Assembly (NCBI RefSeq): GCF_035084215.1
Contig: NC_090328.1
Coordinates: forward strand, 56,544,001-56,608,000
Origin: Heptranchias perlo
Taxonomy: Eukaryota
Direction of reading: 5' to 3'
Length of the DNA: 64,000 bases
The notes under the pieces were generated by a model. It saw only the letters and a list, made by a program, of their open reading frames with translations. It made no database searches and was not told the origin of the DNA. Numbering within the stretch: position 1 is the first letter of the stretch; each line of letters opens with the position of its first letter. A program made the position numbers and the translations under genes. Below are positions 47,640-60,372 of this stretch, piece by piece.

Positions 47640-47835
47640 GATCACAAGTAGGAACCCTAGCTGACTCTCCACCTGGGCTAGGGAAGGGAACTGAAGCTAA
47701 TTGTAATGTTTGTTACCACCCTGGATGAGATCAACTAACTCAGCACAGACTTGGAATTGAACTTAAGAACTTATGTCAGTATGGCTCAATACTGCAGGAG
47801 ATGTGGTACATTTTACCCACCGAGCCACCAGGGGA
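47640..47835 (-). mobile_element. Old tRNA-derived SINE relic
   Basis: Minus strand has A-box-like TGGCTCGGTGG and B-box-like GTTCAATTCC, then CTGTGCTGAGTTAGTTGATCTCA. Confidence 0.55.
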
Positions 47836-48515
47836 GCTATCATGAAAACTGTTTTAAAGAAATTTAACTTCATTCTTTGACCTTTCAATGAGTCCAATAT
47901 AAAAAACTACATGGGAAAACTCTCTGGCTTTGCAATTTAAATTTACAGTATGTTTACTAGAATTGAATGGTCGATATTCCCAAAATATTACCAACAATAA
48001 ATTAAGTATACGATACACAGCACCTATTTGGGCTCTTAAGTTTATAATGCTTCTACTTCTACTTAACAACTAAATTGGGAATCAACTTAAAACTATTAAC
48101 CTTAATTCTGGATACATAAATTTGTTCACAGAAGGTATATATATTGCATATATAATGCTAGTATCTTGGTGTTTATAGTAGATTTTTGGGAATGTACAGA
48201 AAATAATCAGGCACATTCAGCTGCTTTGGCAAGATTAAAGCCGGAAAGAAGTTAACAAAGATAACAGTGCAGAATACAGTGGAACTAGTCATGTACAGCA
48301 TTTGCAGAGTGTAGTCAAATAATCTCTTGAATACACAGCAAAAGTAGTTGTGTGAGTCAAGCTGATATAATTAATTGTTTTTGCAGATGTGCACTGATAA
48401 TGTATGCATTGTAGATTTAGTATGTTCTCTTGGTGTATTGTGAAAATTGTTTAAATTTAATTAACTCAAAATGCAAACAAACATCTGAACAGTACAGTAC
48501 TTTATTCCCTCCTAG

Positions 48516-48603
48516 GTTACAGGTTTTCATGCTTCATTCCAACATGCAGACATCTGACCAAAAGAAAGTGTTAAAGAACCTACCTAGTGGAATTCGTAAA
48601 ATA
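48516..48603 (+). CDS. YTHDC2: YTHDC2 coding exon 15
   Basis: LQVFMLHSNMQTSDQKKVLKNLPSGIRKI; 88 nt. Confidence 0.97.
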
Positions 48604-48694
48604 GTGAGTTCAAAATTATTTAAAATAAAACCACTGATTTAAGTTTTATTTTTTCCTACCCTTACAGCACTATTGATTATTCTCTTTTTTTCAG

Positions 48695-48775
48695 ATTCTT
48701 TCCACAAATATTGCAGAGACGAGTATTACTGTCAATGATGTGGTATTTGTCATTGATTCTGGAAAAGTGAAAGAG
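48695..48775 (+). CDS. YTHDC2: YTHDC2 coding exon 16 (motif V)
   Basis: [27 protein letters not shown]; 81 nt. Confidence 0.97.
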
Positions 48776-48863
48776 GTAAGATTTAATCATCGCGCATCAA
48801 AATGTTTTTACAATACTATGAACTTGGAAACACTTCATTGTTTCAATGACATTTTTGTTCCAG

Positions 48864-48946
48864 AAATCATTTGATGCACTGAACTCCGTCACAATGTTAA
48901 AAATGGTATGGATTTCTAAAGCGAGTGCTGTACAGAGGAAGGGAAG
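48864..48946 (+). CDS. YTHDC2: YTHDC2 coding exon 17 (motif VI start)
   Basis: [27 protein letters not shown]; 83 nt. Confidence 0.97.
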
Positions 48947-49039
48947 GTATAATAATTACTCCATTTTTGTGATCTTAACCGTATTAGTAAGAATATATGG
49001 AGATAGTTACCCTCTCCCTTAGACAAGCTATTAAGCTAT

Positions 49040-49615
49040 GACATTGGCATCTACCTGACAACATAGAAGATTGCCAGGGTATGTCTTATTCACAAAAAAT
49101 AGAGTAAATCTAAATCAGCTAATTACTGTACTGTGTCAGTATTCTCCCAATCATCAGTAAAGTGATGGAAGGAGTGCCATCACGTAACACCAATTCACCA
49201 ATAATCTATTTATTGACTCTCAGCTTGGGTTCTGCCAGGACCACTCACCTCTAGACGTCATTGCAGCCTTGATCCTGACATGGATGCGAGAGCTGAATGT
49301 CAGAAGAGGTGAGAGTAGCTGACCTTTACATCAAGGCGGCATTGGACTGAGTATTGCACAAAGGAGCTCTGGCAAAACTGAAGTCTGTGGGGGTCAACAG
49401 GAAAACTGAACAGTGGCTGGAGTCATACCTGACACACAGGAAGTTGGTTGTGGTTGCCAAAGGCCAGACATCTTTGCAGGACTTCCTCAGGGAAGCGTTC
49501 TCGGCACAACCATCTTCAGCCACTTCATCAATGACCTTCCCTCCATCAAAAGGTCAGGATTGGGGCTGTATGCTGACAATTCCATAGTGTTCAGCTCTAT
49601 TCACAACTTCTCCGA
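49040..49615 (+). mobile_element. Decayed family-B LINE RT fragment (sense)
   Basis: AGLPQGSVLGTTIFSHFINDLPS...LYADN; inverse of ~51030-51600. Confidence 0.85.
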
Positions 49616-49980
49616 TAATATATGTGAACGAGATGAATATCTAGTTCCGATCTCAAGGTGGGTACTGTTACACTTGGGGTTACACTATTGTATTGTTAGA
49701 TATCGGGTAGTACGGCCACACACCTAGATGTAAGATGCCCAGACTGCTAAAGAAAGTGTCTAGCATGAGAGAATAACGCAAGACCCTAAATACTACATGG
49801 AAAAATATCAGTTGGAAGTTGTTTTTCCTTTGATCAATCAGATATTGACTGATTTGAATGATTTCCAAAATCTTTGTCTTATGAATGTTGTCTTTTGGGA
49901 GATGAAATTTTGTGGAATGTTGAATTGTTAGTCTTCTATTGCTTGTTTAACTACACTGCATTCCTGTCTGCTTTTAACAG

Positions 49981-50086
49981 GGCAGGTCGCTGCCGACCAG
50001 GAATTTGCTTTCACCTGTTTAGTAGGTTACGATTCCGAAATCTGTTGGAGTTCCAGACTCCAGAGTTGCTACGGATGCCACTGCAG
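49981..50086 (+). CDS. YTHDC2: YTHDC2 coding exon 18 (motif VI end)
   Basis: RAGRCRPGICFHLFSRLRFRNLLEFQTPELLRMPLQ; 106 nt. Confidence 0.97.
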
Positions 50087-50149
50087 GTGTGTGTTTGCCT
50101 TATTGCTCGTATAATACTTTTTTCCAATGTATAATTGTAAATGTCTGCA

Positions 50150-53100
50150 ATTTTTTTTTTATTCGTTCTGGGATGTGGGCGTCGCTGGCAAGGTCAGCAT
50201 TTATTGCCCATCCCTAATTGCCCTTGAGATGATGGTGATGAGCCGCCGCCTTGAACCGCTGGAGTCCGTGTGGTGAAGGTTCTCCCACAGTGCTGTTAGG
50301 TAGGGAGTTACAGGAGTTTGACCTAGCGACGATGAAGGAACAGCAATATATTTCCAAGTCGGGATGGTGTGTGAATTGGAGGGGAACGTGCAGGTGGTGT
50401 TGTTCCCATGTGCCAGCTGCCATTGTCCTTCTAGATGACAGAGGTCATAGGTTTGGGAGGTACTGCTGAAGAAGCCTTGGTGAGTTGCTGCCATGCATCC
50501 TGTGAATAGTACATAATGCAGCCACTGCGCGCCGGTGGTGGAGGGAGTGAATGTTTAGGGTGGTGGATGGGGTACCAGTCAAGCGGGCTGCTTTGTCCTG
50601 GATGGTGTCGAGCTTCTTGAATGTTGTTGGAGCTGCACTCGTCCAGGCTAGTGGAGAGTATTCCATCACACTCCTGACTTGTGCCTTGTAGATGGTGGAA
50701 AGGCGTTGGGGAGTGAGGAGGTGAGTCTCTTGCCGCAGAATACCAAGCCTCTGACCTGCTCTTGTAGCCACAGTATTTATGTGGTTGGTCCGGTTAAGTT
50801 TCTGGTCAATGGTGACCCCCAGGATGTTGGTGGGGGATTCGGCAATGGCAATGCCATTGAATGTCAAGGGGAGGTGGTTAGATTCTCTCTTGTTGGAGAT
50901 GGTCATTGTGTGGCACTTGTCTGGCGCGAATGTTACTTGCCACTTATCAGCCCAAGCCTGGATGTTGTCCAGGTCTTGCTGCATGCGGGCTCGGACTGCT
51001 TCATTATTTGAGGGGTTGCGAATGGAACTGAACACTGTGCAATCATCAGCGAACACCCCCATTTCTGACCTTATGGTGGAGGGAAGGTCATTGATGAAGC
51101 AGCTGAAGATGGTTGGGACTAGGACACTGCCCTGAGGAACTCCTGCAGCAATGTCCTGGGGCTGAGATAGTTGGCCTCCAACAACCACTACCACCTTCCT
51201 TTGTGCTAGGTATGACTCCAGCCACTGGAGTGTTTTCCACCTAATTCCCATTGACTTCAATTTTACTCAGGCTCCTTGGTGCCACACTCGGTCAAATGCT
51301 ACCTTGATGTCAAGGGCAGTCACTCTCACCTCACCTCTGGAATTCAGCTCTTTTGTCCATATTTGGACCAAGGCTGTAATGAAGTCTGGAGCCGAGTGGT
51401 CCTGGCGGAACCCAAACTGAGCATCAGTGAGCAGGTTATTGGTGAGTACGTTCCGCTTGGTAGCACTGTCGACGACACCTTCCATCACTTTGCTGATGAT
51501 TGAGAGTAGACTGATGGGGCGGTAATTGGCCAGATTGGATTTGTCCTGCTTTTTGCGGACAGGACAGGGAAATTTTCCACATTGTCGGGTAGATGCCAGT
51601 GTTGTAGCTGTACAGGAACAGTTTGGTTGAGGCGTGGCTAGTTCTGGAGCACAAGTCTTCAGCACTACAGCCAGGATGTTGTTGGGGCCCATAGCCTTTG
51701 TTGTATCCAGTGCACTCAGCCGTTTCTTGATATCACGTGGAGTGAATCGAATTGGTTGAAGACTGGCTTCAGTGATGATTGGGATATCTGGAGGAGGCCA
51801 AGATGGCTCACCTACTCGGCACTTCTGGCTGAAGATGGTTGCCTTGTCTTTTGTACTCATGTGCTGGACTCTGCCATAATTGAGGATGGGGCTGTTTACA
51901 GGGCCTCTTCCTCCATTAGTTGTTTAATTGTCCACCACCATTCATGACTGGATGTGGCAGGACTGCAGAGCTTTGATCTGATCGTTTGGTTGTGGCATCG
52001 CTTAGCTCTGTCAATGGTATGTTGCTTCCACTGTTTAGCATGCATGTAGTCCTGTGTTGTAGCTTCACCAGGTTGGAACCTTTTTTAGGTACTCCTGGTG
52101 CTGCTTCTGGCATGCTCTTCTACACTTCTCATTGAACCAGGGTTGATTCCTTGGCTTGTTGGTAATGGTAGAGTGAGGAATAAGTTACAGATTGTGCTAG
52201 AATATAATTCTGCTGCTGCTGATGTCCCACATCGCCTCATGGATGCCCAGTTTTGAGCTGCTAGATTTGTTATGAATCTATCCCATTTAGCACGGTGGTA
52301 GTGCCACACAACACGTTGGATGGTGTCCTCAGTGCGAAGATGGGACTTCGTCTCCACGAGGACTCCTACCAATACTGTCATGGACAGCTGCGTCTACGAC
52401 AGGTAGATTGGTGAGGACAAGGTCAAGTAGGTTTCTCCTTCGTGTTGGTTCGCTCACCACTTGCCGCAGGCCCAGTCTGGCAACTATGTCCTTCAGGACT
52501 TGGCCAGCTCGGTCAGTCGTGGTGCTACCAAGCCACTCTTGGTGATGGACATTGAAGTCCCCCACCCAGAGTACATTCTGTGCCCTTGCTACCCTCAGTG
52601 CTTCCTCCAAGTGTTCCTCAACATGGAGGAGGACTGATTCATCAGCTGAGGGAGGACGGTAGGTGGTAATCAGTAGGAGGTTTCCTTGCCCATGTTTGAT
52701 GCCATGAGATTTCATGGGGTTCAGAGTCAATATTGAGGACTCCCCGGGCCACTCCCTCCTGACTGTATATCACTGTACCGCCACCTCTGGTCGGTCGGTT
52801 GGTCTTGCCGGTGGGACAGGACGTACTCAGAGATGGTGATGGAAGAGGCTTGGACGTTGGCTGAAAGGTATGATTCTGTGAGTATGGCTATGTCAGGTTG
52901 TTGCTTGACTCGTCTGTGGGACAGCTCTCCCAATTTTGGCACAAGTCCCCAGATGTTCGTGAGGAGGACTTTGTAGGGTCGACTAGGCTTGGTTTGCCTT
53001 TGTTGTGTCCAGTGCCTAGTGGTCCGAGGCCGGGTGATCCGTTCGGTTTTATTCTTATTATGACTTTTCGTAGCGAGATTGTACAACTGAGTGGCTTGCC

Positions 53101-53292
53101 AGACCATTTCAAAGGGCGATCAAGAATCCACCACATTGCTGTGGGTCTGGAGTCACAAACAGGCCAGACTGGGTAAGGACGGGAGGTTTCCTTCCCTAAA
53201 GGACATTAGTGAATCATATGGGTTTTTACGACAATCCTGTAGTTTCATGGCCGCAATTACTGATTCCAGATTTTTTAAATTTAATTTAATTA
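50150..53292 (-). mobile_element. Near full-length family-B LINE (APE + RT, frameshifted)
   Basis: TNIWGLVPKLGEL...DIAILTESYL, YRPPS, VGDFNVHH, LDLVLTN (APE); NYRPISLLS, QFGFR, GVPQGSVL, FADD (RT); poly-A-like tail at 50151-50160. Confidence 0.94.
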
Positions 53293-53576
53293 TTCTACCA
53301 AAGTGTTAAATGGTGGAGTGCATTTTGAAATAAATAAGTCACCACCATTGCATACAGAAGTTTTTTTTGCCAGAATAGTGCTATTGAGAGGAGATGAGCA
53401 CTGAAAGTTGGTTTTTCTCATACAACTGATGCATTTCATATTGGATGAGTCTGTGAAAGTATTGAAGCATCATTTTCAATCTGATGAATTAAACATCTAT
53501 AAAAAGACATAATAAAACTGACCATTCTAAAGTATAGTTACGTAATTGATTCATTTGTATGTTTGTATATCTCTAG

Positions 53577-53696
53577 GAACTTTGCTTACATACCAAACTG
53601 CTAGCTCCAATCAATTGTCCAATTGCAGACTTCCTTGCAAAAGCACCAGAGCCCCCACCTTCACTTATTGTTCGAAATGCTGTTCAGATGCTCAAG
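53577..53696 (+). CDS. YTHDC2: YTHDC2 coding exon 19
   Basis: ELCLHTKLLAPINCPIADFLAKAPEPPPSLIVRNAVQMLK; 120 nt. Confidence 0.97.
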
Positions 53697-53781
53697 GTAG
53701 GAGACAATTATCTAATAAATGAGGAATACATTTTAAAATACAGTATTAGGAACACATTTGTTGCACTAATTTTCATTCTAG

Positions 53782-54054
53782 ACTATCGATGCCATGGACA
53801 GCTGGGAAGATCTAACAGAACTCGGTTACCACTTAGCAGATCTTCCTGTGGAACCTCATCTGGGCAAGATGGTTCTTTGTGCTGTAGTTTTGAAGTGCCT
53901 TGATCCTATTCTTACTATTGCGTGTACTCTGGCCTATCGAGATCCATTTGTTCTACCAGTGCAACCTTCACAGAAGCGTGCTTCCATGTTGTGTCGAAAG
54001 CGCTTTGCTGCAGGAACATTCAGTGATCACATGGCTCTTTTAAGAGCTTTCCAG
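53782..54054 (+). CDS. YTHDC2: YTHDC2 coding exon 20 (HA2)
   Basis: TIDAMDSWEDLTELGYHLADLPVEPHLGKMVL...SDHMALLRAFQ; 273 nt. Confidence 0.97.
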
Positions 54055-54719
54055 GTGGGCTTTTTGAATTTATTTTGTGGCACCAGAATAGCTTGTATTC
54101 ACGATCAGGAGTTCAGAGCTTCATAACTATGCTAATTGTTTTTTAAATATCAAACTAACATTATTTACATCACTCCTACCTGAAGTTTCTGCCTTGTATA
54201 TTTGAGGAAATAAACACCTAACAGATATATAGTGTACTGCTTTGTGAATTAAATGTAACTAGCATGCTTGTGAATAGTGCTCTGCCACTGGAGAAAATTG
54301 AGCTTTATCTCAATGTATTTGGTGCCATATTGTGAAAAAGTTGATATTCTAAGATTAATGTTAAAAAGGTAGTTATGTTAATTCAATCAGCGTTTATCAG
54401 TTTTGCCCGGATGCTTGAGTGATGGGTGTATTTTTAGGTTCCCGACCAGAAATTAGTGTTTGAGTACCAGTGTTACAATTTAAAAGTTTGCACACCAGAT
54501 TGTGGGAGTTTCATTGACACTTATTGGCTCACTAGATGTCCTCCAGCTGGTTTTAATTTTTGGGGTAGGCATGCAAGGAGAGAGAGACTAATGCACATTA
54601 ACTTCCCATTCTGAATAGCAAATTCCAGGTAGCAATATAGTCTGTGACCTAGGCACTTCTAGTAAAGGATTTGGGGGATGGACTGAAGAGTGGCGTTTTA
54701 TAGTTGAAATGCACCTTAG

Positions 54720-55450
54720 AAATTTACAGCACAGAAGGAGGCCTTTCAGCTCATTGTTTACACTGGCTCATTGCTAGAACAGTCCAAACTAATCCCACCG
54801 ACCTGCTTTTTCCCTGTAGCCCTGTATATTTTTCTGCTTCAAATATTTATTCAATTTTCTCTTCGAAGATGCAATGGTCTTTGCCTCCGCCATTCCCTGT
54901 TGCCAAGCTTTCAATGCTTCATCAGTTGAGTAAAGAAATTTCTCCTAACCCTTACTCACTTTTTTAGTGACAATTTTAAAATGATTCCCAATTAGAGGAA
55001 ATGGTATTTCTCTACAAACCCTATCGAAACCCTTCATAATTTAAAAAAAAACTCTTATTAAATTTTCACTGGCCAGTAGAAATAGTCCCAGTCTCTCAAG
55101 TCTCTCCTTAAAACTATATAGTTTCCCATCCATGCCATCATCCTGGTAAATCTATGTTCTGTGCTCTTTATGACTTTAATGTCTGTGCAGTGTCCTCTAA
55201 CTGATTTAATCATTGCCGAAATTTATTGTAACCTCCTTGCTTTTCTATCCTCTTTCCCCCCTCCCTCCCTATTTATGAAACCCAAAATGCTGTTTGCCTT
55301 TTTTTTTGGCTTCACCTAACTGCACTTGCATTTTCAGGGGAATGATATATTTGAATCCCTTGGTGTCTCTTTTCATCCGCACCCTTCTATTGCATGTATT
55401 CTCCCCTTCATTCTTTTTCCTTCTAAAATGTATTACCTCACACTTAGACA
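54720..55450 (-). mobile_element. Decayed CR1 3' fragment
   Basis: Similar to 5250-5730; KCEVIHF on the minus strand. Confidence 0.7.
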
Positions 55451-57096
55451 CTCAGAATTTAATGTGGCAATGTTCTTCTGATATCTTTATAGTCCAAATC
55501 ATCTATATCCACTAAGAGTGAGCCCAGCACCCATTAGCTCTAACCTTGTTTTCTGTCCATAATCAACTTTCTATTGTGTTGCTACATTTCCTTTATGCCA
55601 CATATTGTTGTTAAAAGTCCCCTGAGACATTTTATAGAATTGTATGCATTCCTATTATCTCATTAGTTGTGGTTATATTTTTTCTGGTAATCTTATTGTA
55701 ACTACTGTTGGTCTTTACTTATCTATTTCTAGAGTATTTGTTGTACTGATCATTGGTTTAAAGTGTCTAATCTTATAATTAAGGTTTTGAAGGAATAGAC
55801 AGCAGAATTGGAGAGCAGGCTTATTTTACTGATGGAGTTCAGTGAACATGAATGATTCATTGATAATTGATCTTGAATGAGACAGCTAAGGGGATCAGCT
55901 AAGCAAGCTGTATGCAATGCATGTTAGGGAAATGGAAGAAGACTGGAAAGAAATTGGGTAACAGTAAGGAGAAGCTTTAAGCCAAGTGAAAGGATCAGTG
56001 GTGTAATTCTGAGATAGTACAGGGGGTGTTACATAGAGAAGATGAGAAATTAAGGACATAGTGCAATTTAAAGGAGTGAGGGAGAAAGGTAGGAGATTTG
56101 GTGAAATATGTTGACTTTTGGCGAGGCTAGAATTGGTGTTTTTTTTCTCTGCTAGATATGGAGATTTGGGATATTGCGACTGGATAAAATTGTGCAAGAA
56201 ATGGGATATAAGCCGGTGGCTGTTGTACAAGTGGGAATAAATAGCATGAGAGGAAAAAGAGCTGGAGTTGCTCAAAAGTAAGTCTAGGCAACTTGCCAAG
56301 AAATTGAAGGAACACTATAAAGTGCATTTTCCATTTTATTAACCTTAGGTAAAGGCATTGAATTCATGAGAAAAATTTTGAGGATAAATGCATGGTTGCC
56401 AGATGGCACCTGTTGAAGTAATTTTTATAGATGACAAGAATTGTTTTTCACATAAAATAGGGTGGTATGGAGCGATGGCAAAGCTGCTTCATAAGCAGGG
56501 GCAGGCAGAGAAGTTAATGATACGGATGCTTACCTGATGTATAGTCATCCCTCATATAAAAAGACCTCAAGGAAAAGTGCTTACAACTAAGTGGGGGAGG
56601 AAGGAGAATGAAGGGTAATAGAGGGCAAATAATAACAGTCAACAGCCAAATATATACTTTACTTTTTACTCTTTTTTTAATCCTTTATTCTCCTTTTCAC
56701 AAATCCTGAAAGTTGTTTTGTTTACTCTTAGTGTAGGTTTATGGAATTGAAAATATGGGTGTAGGAGGACAACATATATGAACTGTTAACTCTACACTTC
56801 AGCTTTTTAAATCCCTAATTCAATTATATTATCAGACTTGTATGTTACAAATCATGCAATCTAGTGAAATGTTCACAGAAATGGATTTAGATTACAGTTT
56901 GATTGGGTGCCTGAATCTAGTATTCTATAGTTACAAAAAGTATTGGCAGCCTCCTTTGGAAATGCCTAAAGAAGTTATCAATGTTCTTGTTTTTACTGCC
57001 TACATATGGACTTGAGATGACTATTATGAATCTTGTTGAGACTGAGGAAGGGGTCTAAAATTACGATGTTGCGTTCAGAGACTAATAATCTCTGAA

Positions 57097-57478
57097 TTTT
57101 TGTTCATTTTTGAGATGTGGGCATCACTGGCAAGTTGTCTGAATTTTTACAGCTGAGTGGCTTGCTCGGTCACTTCAAAGAGCAGCTAAGAGTCAACCAC
57201 TTTGGTGTGAGACTGGAGTCGCATATAGGTCAGACCGGGTAAGGACGACATGCTTCTTTCCCTAAAGGACATTAATGAACTAGTTGGGTTTTTACAACAA
57301 TTCAATAGCTCCGTGGTTACTTTTTTTTTAAACTGATATTAGTTTTATATTTGCAGATTTTTTTTTAAACTGAATTCAATTTCTCAAACTGCCATGGGAT
57401 TTGAACTTACTTTCTCTGAATTATTCGTCCCAGCCTCTGGATTACTAGTCCAGTAACAACACTACACTACTGTACCCC
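57097..57478 (-). mobile_element. tRNA-headed SINE sharing body and tail with the family-B LINE
   Basis: Minus-strand head GGGGTACAGTAGTGTAGTG...GTTCAAATCCC; body matches 53085-53290; tail matches 50155-50195. Confidence 0.8.
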
Positions 57479-57813
57479 ATATTTTGTGTCCTCCTTTCAA
57501 TTTCTATAAGGAATATTTCTACACTAAGTACAAGTATGCTAACAATGAGAGTGGATGTTTTTTTGTTTTTGGTTGTGTTGAATTCATTAAGCCAATTTTC
57601 ATTTTCCAGATGAAAACTGATGGCCTGGATGTTCTATTCGATCCAGATCTTGGATGCCACTGCAATATTGGATGATATTCAGGGAATCCATTAAAAGTTG
57701 CTGCTAAATTGGGAATTAAATATTTAAATTTACATTAAACAATGTAATAGTTTGATTTTTTTTTTGTGATTTTAGATATTCATTTTACTTTGAAATATTT
57801 TGTTTTCTTTCAG

Positions 57814-57940
57814 GCTTGGCAAAAGGCTCGCAGTGATGGTTGGGAGAGAGCATTCTGTGAAAAAAATTTCCTTTCTCAAGCTACAATGGAAATCATTATA
57901 GGCATGAGGACACAATTGCTGGGACAGCTCAGAGCTTCAG
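57814..57940 (+). CDS. YTHDC2: YTHDC2 coding exon 21
   Basis: AWQKARSDGWERAFCEKNFLSQATMEIIIGMRTQLLGQLRAS; 127 nt. Confidence 0.97.
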
Positions 57941-59398
57941 GTAAGCACAGGTTAGAGGTGAACATAATGCAGGCTGAAATTTATTAACCGGAAGTCCATA
58001 GCCAGCTGAACACACAGGACATCCAGTACTACTTTGAAAAGCGAACCACAACTCTTGATTGCCATTGAGGCATCACGACTTGTTGCTTCTTGGGAGATGA
58101 CCTTTGTGACAATTCTTGTTGATGGTGTTGGCTTACTCTACTTTCTTTTCCAGGATATGATGGTCACAAAGAAACAATTTTCTAATAAAAATAACTGACC
58201 AGAAAGAAATGGGATTTAAAGTGGTACACAGGCAGATATAGGGGTACTGTAAAATCTGATGTATAAACTGTACCTTCATAAGTGTAGAGATTTTATTGAA
58301 AATAGAGGTTCACTTACATTCTGTAAATATCTGTACTTCAAGCTACACTGATCTTTAAAATCTGAAACCCAAAGTAATATTTGATTTTTCAAACATGTTT
58401 AAAAATGCAAATAAACTGCAACTGTTGCTGCAAATAGTTTATTTTTTCCTTGACACTGCAGTTAGTGTAAATGTAGGTTGAATCCAGTGTCAGGACCTGA
58501 ACTGACCCAGAAGAAACCAGTTCGCGACTTCCAGGAGGAGGGCATCTCACTCCGCTTCACATCCCATCAGTCTCTCCTGTGCTTATCACTCGCTGCCACC
58601 AAATTCTCTGGAAACACCAAACTTCTCTTCCTTACTTTTCTTCTCAAACCTTTCAATACTAGCACTCAACATTTACCACTCATTCGCTACCACACCCTCT
58701 TTCCCACTCTTTGCAGCTTCACTTTTCTCTCCTCTTCCACCTACAATGTATCATTCCTCCGCGCCACTCAAACCAAACTCCCCAATGTACATTCATCTGA
58801 CCGTCATGTATTCAACTTCATCCTTACATTCTAACCAGCAGAAAAACTGACACACAAATATGAATTTCTCTAATTTTTATTGTGATTGATATACAAAATA
58901 TTTTATCCAAGTTCAATATGCTGTGACTGAAATTGTGAATATTAATATGTATGAAAAAATCTCTCTTGGGTTAATTATCCTACACGCTTTAAAAAATGAA
59001 CTCAATATTTTATCTGTAATATATTAAAAGTTTTTCATACAGCAGGCACCTCCTGTAAATGTCAGACTTATTTCCCTTCACGTTTGTTCCGTCACACTCA
59101 ACAACATATTCTCTGGCTCAATGAGCAACACCATAGGAGATCTACTTAGTCAATAATTATCTGACTCTGAATACAGAATAATTCACAAACATGCAGGGAC
59201 ACTGGGAAAGAAGGACATGGGAAGAAAATGAGAGACCAACAGGGAAAGACACTTAGAGAAAGAGGAACAAAGTCACAGACAGATGTAGAGATGACAATTA
59301 AATGTAAGTGTTGTCTATAGAGAGAAAAAGAAAGGCAAGACAGTTAAAGGAGAAGAGAATTCTTTTTGTTTAAGAAACACCATAGGAAATAACAAGTA

Positions 59399-60372
59399 CA
59401 GTCCCTACTACTTAAAACGTCAATGTTTAAAACGGGCAGTCGCTTATATCGTCTAAAAAGCAATAACCATTATCCATTTGCACCAATGTCAATTCAAAGT
59501 TGCTGGTTATGGCATCTTAAGTGCTCTGTTTATGTTGGCAGAAACTGTTGTGTTTACTAGTTCACACCTCATAGTGTTCAATTCCCTTTTGTGTACATAA
59601 TCCCTTCTAAGATGCATATCAGAGTGGAGCTAAACAGAAGGAACATTCTTGTTGATTACAGTATGACGTGTGATAAACAATAATGAAGAACTCAAAGCGA
59701 CATGGCAGAAAGTAGATATTTAATCTGAAATCATAAACTAGAAACAGTAATTATATGTATACATAATGGGCAAATGCATATTTACAAAACAATGTACACA
59801 TTGAAAACTAACAATTAAATTGCTCCTTTCTATGTCAGAATCGTTCTTCCATTTTGTTTGTTTCTTGTCTAAATGGAGGAGATTATAAATACACTCAACA
59901 GAGCTAATGAAATGTTGAAGAAACTTACCTTTTTCCACGCTTGGTTAATCGCACTTCAGCCTCATGCAACGGAGGCAAATAGTAGTCGTGTGCCTTTGTT
60001 GATTTGTACAAAGAGAATGGGGCCAGGGTGACTGCTCTGGTTAGTCTGCATAAGCAAAGATGAATGGGCTGGCAGACCTCCACACCAAAAACTTGGTTTT
60101 TATTGTTCCATAGAGTTCAATATTAGATCGCCTGCTGCTCGTTAAAAAAGTCAATATTGTTTGTACTGAAATAGTGTTACCTCATTAGAGCCTTACCAAA
60201 AGTCAGTGACTTGAGAAAAAGAAAAGACAAAAGGGCCATCAGAAAAACCTAAATTTTTTTTTGTTTCAGTTCCCAGAACTTAAATGCAACTATTTTCCCA
60301 CTATACAGGCCATCGCGTATAGCAGGCAAATCGCGTTCGCACGAACACACCTGCTATAAACGGTGGGGACTG
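59399..60372. mobile_element. Old Tc1/mariner-superfamily (Tigger/pogo-like) non-autonomous element
   Basis: TA|CAGTCCCTACTACTTAAAAC ... GCTATAAACGGTGGGGACTG|TA: degenerate TIRs with TA duplication. Confidence 0.6.
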
